Source of the DNA: Limisphaera sp. VF-2
GTDB taxonomy: Bacteria; Verrucomicrobiota; Verrucomicrobiia; Limisphaerales; Limisphaeraceae
Reading direction: 5' to 3'
Assembly (NCBI RefSeq): GCF_049537125.1
Contig: NZ_JBMVQY010000003.1
Coordinates: 323,128-387,127 of the forward strand
Length of the DNA stretch: 64,000 nucleotides
The translations under genes were made by a program, and so were the position numbers. Each line of letters begins with the position of its first letter. Positions within the stretch are counted from its first letter, which is position 1. The notes beneath the pieces were generated by a model. The model did no database searches. It saw nothing but the letters and a program-made list of their open reading frames with translations, and had not been told where the DNA came from. This document shows, one piece after another, positions 26,201 through 33,327 of the stretch.

Positions 26201-28432
26201 CTGGCCGACCGCGTGCATTTCATCGACACCAACTTCCTGGCTCCTCCGCAGCTGGATTGGCCGGCCGGCGCGGTGGCCACGGGAACTGTGGTGCGGCTGT
26301 ACTCGGGCCCCGTGCCACCTGGCACGGTTACGTATTACACCCTGGACGGCTCCGACCCGCGGGCGCCGGGCGGGGCCATTGCATCTGGCGCCCGGAGCGG
26401 AGCGGGGGAGATCTCCCTGACGATCACGTCGAATGTTCGCGTGGTGGCCCGGAATTACAACCCCCAGCATCGCAACCTCACCGGGCTGCGCAACCCTCCG
26501 ATCTCCAGCCCCTGGTCCGGCCCCGTGACCGCCACGTATGTCGTGGAAACGCCGCCGTTGCTGTTAACCGAGCTCATGTATCATCCCGCCGAGGGAGGCA
26601 GCTACGATGCTGAAGAGTACGAGTTCCTGGAGCTGAAGAATCAGGGAACCCGTCCCCTGAGTTTGGCGGGCTTTCAGTTTACGGCGGGTATCGGCTTTGT
26701 CTTCGATCCCACCAACAGTCCGCCGGTCCTGGCGCCCGGTGAGTATCTCGTGCTGGTGCGGAATCGCGCTGCATTTCAGGCGCGGTATCCGGGCATCACC
26801 AACCTGGCAGGCCCTTACACCGGGGCCTTGGCGAATGAGGGCGAGCGGATTCGGCTGGAGGGCCCCCTGGGGGAAGCCGTTTGGGAGTTCACTTACTCCG
26901 ACGCGTGGCACCGGACGAGCGACGGTGCAGGGTTCTCGCTGGTGCCCCGGGCGGAGGGGACGGTGATCAGCAGCGCTGCAGCCTGGCGGCCGAGCGCGTC
27001 GCCGGGCGGCTCGCCGGGCCGACCGGATCCCGATCCGCCGGACATTCCGCCGGTGCGAATCCACGAGGTGTTGACCCACACCGATCCTCCCCTGGTGGAT
27101 GCCATCGAGCTCTACAATCCCACGGCGGCCACGGTGGACGTCGGCGGCTGGTTTTTGACGGATGACCGGTCGGTTCCGCGAAAGTACGTGTTCCCGCCAC
27201 GCAGTCTCCTCCCGCCCTTCGGCTTCCTGGTGGTGGATGCCTCGCAGTTTGGCGCGGGCGCCAGCGGGTTCGAACTCAGCTCGTTGGGCGACGAGGTTTG
27301 GCTTTTCTCCGGGGACGGCACCCACCTGACCGGCCATGCCCACGGCTTCCGATTTGGCGCCGCGGCCAATGGGATCAGCTTCGGTCGGCACCTGGACAGT
27401 CTGGGCCGCGAGCATTTCGTGGCTCAGGCGGCCAACAGCCTGGGAGCGCCCAACGCGGGACCCCGGGTGGGGCCGGTGGTAATCCACGAGATCATGTTCG
27501 AACCACCGCCGTCTCTCGGTTACGCCGACACGCTGCATGAGTATGTGGAGCTGCGCAATCTGACGGATCAGCCGATCCCCTTGTACGATCCCGTGTACCC
27601 GACCAACACCTGGCGGTTGGAGGGGGTGGGATACGTGTTCCCGACCGGTGTGGTCCTGGCGCCCCAGGGCTATTTGTTGGTGGTGAGCTTCGATCCCCAG
27701 CGCGATCCGGGCGCACGGGCTATGTTTCGTCAACGCTACAACCTGGCCGATTCCGTGATGCTGGTCGGCCCCATGCCCGGCAAACTCGCCAATGAGGGCG
27801 AGCGCCTCCAGCTACTCCGTCCGGATCCACCCCAGACCCTGCCCAACCCGTTCATCGGTTACGTGCCCTACGTGTTGGTGGACGAGGTGGAGTATCTGCC
27901 GGGCCCGCCCTGGCCGTCGGGCGCCGCCGGGACGGGCCTGTCATTGCAACGCCGGGTCGGGCACGCGTTCGGGAATGATCCGGCTCATTGGGAAACGGCT
28001 CCTCCGACGCCCGGGGCTCCGAATTACTCCGCGGCGCAGAACGACGCAGACGAAGACGGGTTGCCTGATGCCTGGGAAACGGCGCATGGGCTCGATCCGG
28101 GCCGGGCCGTTGGCGAGGATGGAGCCGCGGGAGACCCGGATGGCGATGGCATGACCAACGCGCAAGAGTATGTGGCGGGGACGCATCCGCGGGATTCGAC
28201 ATCGCTCCTGCGTCTGGAAGGCCTGGGACGATCGGGTGACTTCATCCTGCTTGAGTTCGAAGCCCAGCCCGGCCGTGTGTATGAGTTGTGGGGGGCGGAT
28301 CGGATCGAAGGTCCCTGGCAGGTTCTCCGCGTACTGGGGCCGCAACCGGACCGGCAGACTTTGCGCATTGAAGACGAGGCCGGCGAGGCGTCGCAGCGGT
28401 ACTACCGACTGAGAGTGCGCTTCGGACCTTGA
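23252..28432 (+). CDS. Giant secreted CotH kinase-family protein with four lamin-tail domains (LTD) and a C-terminal Ca-binding/thrombospondin-type-3-like Asp-rich motif
   Basis: Signal peptide MVYLLWALSLITLTAQTVPLIPPASVW. LTD motifs are present four times: SVWINEFLASNSG...PDWIELFNAGDSWLDLGGWSLTD, LLLTELMYHPAEGG...EYEFLELKNQGTRPLSLAGFQF, VRIHEVLTHTDPPLVDAIELYNPTAATVDVGGWFLTDD, and VVIHEIMFEPPPS...EYVELRNLTDQPIPL. Central CotH-like region: ...DYHGLYTVLEKIKRNDQRVNIARLE...YLLKVDRADADE...WIDVPSWIDHHLLNVLALNVD.... C-terminus: DEDGLPDAWETAHGLDPGRAVGEDGAAGDPDGDGMTNAQEY. The track ORF starts at GTG 22970; Met 95 with the signal peptide is preferred. Confidence 0.85.
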   Translation: MVYLLWALSLITLTAQTVPLIPPASVWRWLPGTNEASRPDPAAWRLPEFNDSAWPEAPMPFWYGDRQPDPGTELTTMRYNYTCIFLRRSFVVANPSAVVGLRLYALSDDGFIAWLNGVEVARFNMPDGFVPYNGTSLPALPEPLIGESYELGPPNVLLRPGTNVLAVQAFNSSLGNSSDFVIHVDLEAEFDDSPPLLTLIWPPPDSRLQELRRIEVGFSEPVTGVDAADLRVNGVPATNLVLVGPDQYVFEFPPPPPGPVAVEWSTGHGITDPVGWPLDARGWSYTIDPSAAVRSVWINEFLASNSGRLPDAVRDELGNSPDWIELFNAGDSWLDLGGWSLTDNAAQPAKWRFPAGTLVGPRSYMLVLASGRDTNVQGRLHTNFRLSASPGYLGLFTPNGEPVSVFSPSYPQQYTDVSYGRDRLEPQLLGYFTQPTPGAPNATRGAGFGPEVRASRVSGTFLDPFTLSLTVPDPNAWEIRYLLITTNVPASSPAPTNVPTTTSPLYTGPISITNTVIVRARAFPKQPGFFPGPPASFLYVRLGAAAAAFTSPLPILLIHNLGGGAFPSTQPRLDRESILMVFHPIGGIASLTNPPALVTRAGVNVRGSSTAGLPQKSYAVETWDEFNDDRDVELLEMPAESDWVLYGQNLFDPSFLHNPLAHAWSRAIGRYSPRTRFAEVFVNTTGGQVQFNAPAGGDYHGLYTVLEKIKRNDQRVNIARLEAGVTNLPALTGGYLLKVDRADADERTFYDPYLETSIVYVDPPGPDMMTPARSAQAQYIQNYLLNFGAALTSAEWTNPVTGYHAWIDVPSWIDHHLLNVLALNVDALRLSAYFFKERERKLEMGPLWDFDRAMGTSGGGDLRAFNPRSWMGSVGLGGGSDYGTDFFNAANVFPNGWYRRLFRDPDFWQAWIDRWQELRPGPLHTNALFALVDEMTNQIAAVHTRQTQRWSGSAPRSGTVSSAGYSHWFPGTYAGEIAFLKRWLADRVHFIDTNFLAPPQLDWPAGAVATGTVVRLYSGPVPPGTVTYYTLDGSDPRAPGGAIASGARSGAGEISLTITSNVRVVARNYNPQHRNLTGLRNPPISSPWSGPVTATYVVETPPLLLTELMYHPAEGGSYDAEEYEFLELKNQGTRPLSLAGFQFTAGIGFVFDPTNSPPVLAPGEYLVLVRNRAAFQARYPGITNLAGPYTGALANEGERIRLEGPLGEAVWEFTYSDAWHRTSDGAGFSLVPRAEGTVISSAAAWRPSASPGGSPGRPDPDPPDIPPVRIHEVLTHTDPPLVDAIELYNPTAATVDVGGWFLTDDRSVPRKYVFPPRSLLPPFGFLVVDASQFGAGASGFELSSLGDEVWLFSGDGTHLTGHAHGFRFGAAANGISFGRHLDSLGREHFVAQAANSLGAPNAGPRVGPVVIHEIMFEPPPSLGYADTLHEYVELRNLTDQPIPLYDPVYPTNTWRLEGVGYVFPTGVVLAPQGYLLVVSFDPQRDPGARAMFRQRYNLADSVMLVGPMPGKLANEGERLQLLRPDPPQTLPNPFIGYVPYVLVDEVEYLPGPPWPSGAAGTGLSLQRRVGHAFGNDPAHWETAPPTPGAPNYSAAQNDADEDGLPDAWETAHGLDPGRAVGEDGAAGDPDGDGMTNAQEYVAGTHPRDSTSLLRLEGLGRSGDFILLEFEAQPGRVYELWGADRIEGPWQVLRVLGPQPDRQTLRIEDEAGEASQRYYRLRVRFGP

Positions 28433-28666
28433 AAAACAACCGCACCAGGACCTTCGCCTCCCACCGACGGGCAAAGATCCGGCACAGCATGAGACAGACT
28501 CGGGGGCGCGAACCGTTGCCCACAGGTTCGGCGCCATCGAGCCCGGAGGTCGAGCCCACGCGAGCTTGCCGGGTCTCGAGATCTCGAAGGGGGCGAACTC
28601 GAACGCCATGTCCCGCGTGCGTGGAGGCCGCGGGCAGGGATCTCGGCCCTGCGGCGAGCCGCGGTT

Positions 28667-30025
28667 TCATGGGTTTGTTTCCACGTCACGGGGCTGTCCG
28701 ATGGCGCGTTCGAACCGGGCCTGGGCCACCACGAAGTCGCGAAGGGCCTGGGCGTGAATGGATCGGGCTTCGGTCAGGGCGGTCTGTGCACTCAGCACAT
28801 CGAGTTGGGTGCCCGTTCCCGCAGAGGCCCGTGCTTGGGCCAGGCGCAGGGCTTCCTCGGCTTGTTCCTGGACCTTGAGGGTGGACTGCAGGACTTCGCG
28901 AGCCTCCACCAGCCGCGAATAGGCGGTGCGAACCTCCAGTTCGATGCGACGCTGCGCGTCTTCGATCTCGACTTGCGCGCGCGCCTGGCGGGCGCGGGCC
29001 TCGACAAGTTTGCCGCGGGAAAGCCCCCCGTCGAACAGGTTCCATCGCATTTGCGCCCCCACGACCCATCCATCGATGACCCGATCGAGCTCGTCCCGGA
29101 AGTTGGGGCTGTGGGCATCATAGCCGGCGAACAGTTCCAGCGCGGGCTTGAAGGCGGCCCGGGCCTGGCGGACCGATTCGGCCTGCAGTGCCTCGGCATG
29201 ACGCAACACGGCCAGCTCGCTGCGATGTTCCAGGGCCTGTCGGAGGGCTGCGTTCAGCTCCGGCAGGCCGGGGGGAGGCTCCAGGCGATCCGCCAGTTCC
29301 AACGGCAGATCTTCGGAGAATCCGGCGGGGACGTCGAAGCCCAGCAGGTGCGCCAGGTTTTGTTTGGCAATGCGCAGGCTGTTTCGGGCCCGGCTCAGTC
29401 GGGGCCGGGCATTCGCGAGTTCCACTTCCGCCCGCAGCACATTGAACCGCGGCACGGTGCCGGCCTCGAATCGTTGCCGGGTCTGTCGCAGTTCCTCCTC
29501 CAGCAACTCCACGGAGGCTTGATGGACCCGGACCATCTCCGCTGCCAGCAACACATCAGCGTACGCGGTGCGCACCGCCAGTACCGTGTCGGCCACTGCG
29601 GTATCATAGGCGGCCCGGGCTTGTTGCTCGGTGAGCCGGGCAGAGCGCCACGCCGAGCGGAGTCGACCGCCCTCATAAACGCTCTGCACCAGGCGCACAC
29701 CGGCCGACCAGGCCTCGTTGGGGATTTGAATGGGCAGGCCGACCACGGGAAACTGTTCCACACCCCCGGCGTCGCGTGCCGTGTATTGGGCCGTGGCCTG
29801 AAGCTTGGGGATGACCACGGCCCGTGTTTGGATGGCCACCCCGGTGGCCGCTTCCAGGTCCTGGCGCGCCTTGCGCACCTCGGCATTTTGCTCCAAGGCA
29901 AGATTCAACGCATCCGCCAGGGTCAACGGTTGTGTGGGCCATTGCCCCGGATCTCCCGGCGCGGTGTATCCGGCAACCGTCACAAGCCACCCGACCGCAC
30001 CCAACAACCTGCAAAGTGCTTTCAT
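28667..30025 (-). CDS. tolC: TolC-family outer membrane efflux channel
   Basis: MKALCRLLGAVGWLVTVAGYTAP (signal), then LTLADALNLALEQNAEVRKARQDLEAA...SVYEGGRLRSAWRSARL...LQSTLKVQEQAEEALRLAQARASAGTGTQLDVLSAQTALTEAR, the typical TolC tandem repeat structure. No adjacent RND or periplasmic adaptor (MFP) gene. Confidence 0.85.
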   Translation of the reverse strand: MKALCRLLGAVGWLVTVAGYTAPGDPGQWPTQPLTLADALNLALEQNAEVRKARQDLEAATGVAIQTRAVVIPKLQATAQYTARDAGGVEQFPVVGLPIQIPNEAWSAGVRLVQSVYEGGRLRSAWRSARLTEQQARAAYDTAVADTVLAVRTAYADVLLAAEMVRVHQASVELLEEELRQTRQRFEAGTVPRFNVLRAEVELANARPRLSRARNSLRIAKQNLAHLLGFDVPAGFSEDLPLELADRLEPPPGLPELNAALRQALEHRSELAVLRHAEALQAESVRQARAAFKPALELFAGYDAHSPNFRDELDRVIDGWVVGAQMRWNLFDGGLSRGKLVEARARQARAQVEIEDAQRRIELEVRTAYSRLVEAREVLQSTLKVQEQAEEALRLAQARASAGTGTQLDVLSAQTALTEARSIHAQALRDFVVAQARFERAIGQPRDVETNP

Positions 30026-30639
30026 ACGAGTCCCTGTTTTCTGACAGCTACGCTGAGCCGCGACGCGGCAAGCGGTTACGTTTTGCGAGGCAGGTTGGGC
30101 CCGGGTGCTCCTCCGGGGCAAGGTCCAATGCCGGACTGTGTGGTGATGCACCGCCCGGCCGGGATCAGCCGCGGCGAACGCGCGGAGGGCAAAACGCGGG
30201 GAGCAGCCCCCGGACGACGCGGACGCCAGGTCCATGAGGCGGGTTTGGAGGAAACGGCGAAGTCGGGCCCAGACGGGCCGGCGCCGATGGGCGCGGCCAG
30301 TGGGACCTGCGCCGCACGGGCCGATCGAGTTCCGTTCGTTGCGGCCGGTGCGCCGGGCTGGTCAACCCGACTGAGCCACGCCCTTGGGGGCTCGCTGCGA
30401 AGGCCGCAAGAGGTTCCGCCCAGGCGCGCTTTGGTTCTGGGCAGCCTGAATGCCGGGCGAAATGTCGGGCGTCCCCGAGACGGGAAAGCCGGGAGAAGAG
30501 GGACATTTTCATTGGGATCCCTGAATCCGGAGCTGTCGAAAGGGAATGCCCCATTCTTCATGGCCAGGCCCTTTCGCACTTGCCAGAGTGAAGGGGTCGG
30601 CGTTAACTGCCCCTTGAACTGCGGAGCACAGCCGATCGT

Positions 30640-31194
30640 ATGGACACATGGATCTACGGCGCCTGCCTGGTCCTGGGGCTGATGTTCTCGATCCTCAGCG
30701 CGATCTTCGGTCACATCTTCGGCGGGGACGGGGAAGTGGGCACGGGCGGGCATGCCGAGGCGGGGTTTTCCGACAGTGGCCTGCCCGGGGTGTCCTTTTT
30801 CAGCCCGACCGTGCTGGCGAGTTTTGTGACGGCCTTTGGCGCGGCGGGACTGATCTTTTCGCGGATTGACGCCACCAGCAGCGTGTGGGTGAGCGCGCCG
30901 CTGGCGGCCGCCTCGGGCGGGGTGATTGCCGGGTTAACCTTCTGGTTTTTCAATGCGATGTTCCGCAGGACGCAGGCCTCCAGCGAGGCGCGCGTCGCGC
31001 AGGTCATCGGTTCGACCGCTTCGGTGATCACCCCCATTCCGGCGGATGGCGTGGGCGAGATTGCCTATGTCATCGCCAACACGCGCTATTCTGCCCCGGC
31101 TCGATCCGAGGGCGGTGTGCCCATCCCCGCCGGTCGGCCGGTGCGGATCACCCGCATGGTCGGTACCCTGTTTTACGTCGAGCCCATCTCCTGA
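30640..31194 (+). CDS. NfeD-like membrane protein (3 TM helices plus C-terminal OB-fold); partner of SPFH/flotillin
   Basis: TM segments IYGACLVLGLMFSILSAIFG / VSFFSPTVLASFVTAFGAAGLIF / VWVSAPLAAASGGVIAGLTFWFF, then OB-fold tail GSTASVITPIPADGVGEIAYVIANTRYSAPARSEGGVPIPAGRPVRITRMVGTLFYVEP. Confidence 0.75.
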   Translation: MDTWIYGACLVLGLMFSILSAIFGHIFGGDGEVGTGGHAEAGFSDSGLPGVSFFSPTVLASFVTAFGAAGLIFSRIDATSSVWVSAPLAAASGGVIAGLTFWFFNAMFRRTQASSEARVAQVIGSTASVITPIPADGVGEIAYVIANTRYSAPARSEGGVPIPAGRPVRITRMVGTLFYVEPIS

Positions 31195-31205
31195 GGAATC
31201 CTCGC

Positions 31206-32795
31206 ATGGAATCGTTGCCCCTGCCCGGACTGTGGATGGCTGTGGACGCTCGATGGTCCACCGTGATCATCGGCGTGGGCGCCGTCCTGGTGGTCTTCTT
31301 CCTGTTCCTGGCCATTTGGGCCCGCCGTTACACCAAGGTGGGACCCAACGAAGTGCTGATCATATCCGGCCGCAAACGCAAGGTGGTGGATCCGGACGGC
31401 ACGGTGCGCGAAGTGGGCTATCGCATCGTCAAGGGCGGCGGCGTCTTCGTGTGGCCCGTGCTGGAAAAAGTCGATGTTCTGAAGCTCGAACTCATGACCA
31501 TCGACGTGGTCACGCCGGAGGTTTACACGGTCAAGGGCGTCCCCGTCAAAGTGGACGGCGTGGCCCAAATCAAGGTCAAGGGCGACGACATCTCCATCGC
31601 CACGGCTGCCGAACAGTTCCTCAGCAAGGGCGTCGACGAGATCAAGAACATCGCCACCCAAACGCTCGAAGGACATCTGCGTGCCATCCTGGGCACGATG
31701 ACGGTGGAAGACATCTACCAGAACCGCGACGCCTTTGCGGCCAAGGTGCAGGAAGTGGCCGCCGGCGACATGGCCAACATGGGCCTGGGCATCGTCAGCT
31801 TCACCATCCGCGACATTCGCGACAACCAGGGCTATCTGGACGCTCTGGGCAAACCGCGCATTGCCCAGGTCAAACGCGACGCCGTCATTGCCCAGGCCGA
31901 GGCGGATCGCGACGCCATGATCCGCAGTGCGCAGGCCCAGCAGGCCGGCCAGGAGGCCAAGTTCGCCGCCGAAACCAAAATCGCCGAGGCCCAGCGCGAT
32001 TATCAGATGCGCGTGGCCGAGTTCCAGGCGGACGTCAACCGCAAGCGGGCGGAGGCGGACCTGGCCTACGACCTGCAGAAGTTCAAAACCGGTCAGTTGG
32101 TCAAGGCCGAGGAGGTTCAGGTCCAGATCGTCGAGAAACAAAAGCAGATCGAGCTGCAAGAACAGGAGATCAAACGCAAACAACGCGAACTGGAAGCCAC
32201 GGTGCAGCGGCCGGCCGACGCGGAACGGTACCGTGTCGAAACCCTGGCCAATGCGCGCAAGTATCAGTTGGAAACCGAGGCTGCGGGTCAGGCCGCCGCC
32301 ACCAAGGCCACGGGTCTGGCCCAGGCCGAGGTCATTCAGGCCACTGGTCGAGCGGAGGCCGAGGCCAACAAGGCCCGCGGTCTGGCCGAAGCCGAGGTCA
32401 TCGAGGCCCAGGGCCGCGCCCAGGCCGAGGCCATGCGTCTGAAGGCCGAAGCCTTCCGCCAATACAACCAGGCCGCCGTGATCGACCTGATCATGAAAGG
32501 CCTGCCCGAGCTGGCGGCGAAGATCAGCGAGCCGCTCAGCAAGACCGAGAAAATCGTGATCATCAATGCCGGGCCCGGCCCCGGCGGCGGCGCCAGCAAG
32601 CTGACCAGCGACGTCACCCAGATCCTCAGCCAGCTGCCGCCCGTCGTCGAAAGCCTCACCGGCATCAAGCTGGAGAAACTGCTCCAACAGGTCCCGGTCC
32701 TGCGGGAAGCCTCCGCGCCGTCCCCGGCCGGGCCGACCACCGGATCGACGTCAACCAATCAACCGCAGGCCACCCCTGCACAACCTGGCTCGTAA
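31206..32795 (+). CDS. Flotillin-family SPFH/band-7 protein (FloT/YuaG-like)
   Basis: MESLPLPGLWMAVDARWSTVIIGVGAVLVVFFLFLAIWARRYTKVGPNEVLIISGRKRK...TIDVVTPEVYTVKGVPVKVDGVAQIKV..., followed by a long EA-rich coiled coil (AEADRDAMIRSAQAQQAGQEAKFAAETKIAEAQ...). Start at Met 108 of the track ORF. Confidence 0.87.
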   Translation: MESLPLPGLWMAVDARWSTVIIGVGAVLVVFFLFLAIWARRYTKVGPNEVLIISGRKRKVVDPDGTVREVGYRIVKGGGVFVWPVLEKVDVLKLELMTIDVVTPEVYTVKGVPVKVDGVAQIKVKGDDISIATAAEQFLSKGVDEIKNIATQTLEGHLRAILGTMTVEDIYQNRDAFAAKVQEVAAGDMANMGLGIVSFTIRDIRDNQGYLDALGKPRIAQVKRDAVIAQAEADRDAMIRSAQAQQAGQEAKFAAETKIAEAQRDYQMRVAEFQADVNRKRAEADLAYDLQKFKTGQLVKAEEVQVQIVEKQKQIELQEQEIKRKQRELEATVQRPADAERYRVETLANARKYQLETEAAGQAAATKATGLAQAEVIQATGRAEAEANKARGLAEAEVIEAQGRAQAEAMRLKAEAFRQYNQAAVIDLIMKGLPELAAKISEPLSKTEKIVIINAGPGPGGGASKLTSDVTQILSQLPPVVESLTGIKLEKLLQQVPVLREASAPSPAGPTTGSTSTNQPQATPAQPGS

Positions 32796-32798
32796 CCT

Positions 32799-33155
32799 AT
32801 GAATCCCATGTTCCTCGCCCAAATCGCGCTCGGAGCAGCCGAGCTTGTCCTGTTCCTGGCGTGGGGTTTCTTCCTGCTGCTGGGAGTGTTGTTGTTCGCC
32901 TTTTGGCTGTGGATGTTGATCCACGCCCTGCGAAACAAGGGACTGACCGATGGCGAACGCATCGCCTGGGTGGTGGTGGTTTGTCTCACCCACGCCCTGG
33001 GAGCGCTGCTGTATTTCTTCCTGGGCCGGCCCAAGGCCAAAGCTGTCCCGCCAGCCGGAAGTCCGCCTCCAACTGTGCCTGCACCGCCTCCGGGAGCATC
33101 CCCGCCCTCGTCGGCTTCGGTCCCGCCGGCCGTGACCGGGTCAGCCTCCGCTTGA
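32799..33155 (+). CDS. Small membrane protein with PLD-nuclease N-terminal (PLDc_N)-type domain and a Pro-rich tail
   Basis: LFLAWGFFLLLGVLLFAFWLWMLIHALRNKGLTDGERIAWVVVVCLTHALGALLYFFLGRP; starts 4 nt after the flotillin stop. Confidence 0.65.
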   Translation: MNPMFLAQIALGAAELVLFLAWGFFLLLGVLLFAFWLWMLIHALRNKGLTDGERIAWVVVVCLTHALGALLYFFLGRPKAKAVPPAGSPPPTVPAPPPGASPPSSASVPPAVTGSASA

Positions 33156-33327
33156 ACACGGCCGCCCGGCAGACTCGCCGTTCCGGTGCGTCGGGAGCCG
33201 GACAGCCCGGCGGACGAGCATGCTGAGGGGGGCGTGGCCGGCACGTTCCAAGCCTCCCGCTGCACGCGGCGATGGAGTACCCGACCGCCTGAGGTGAAGG
33301 CACGGAGCGCAGAAGGGCTTTTTGAGG

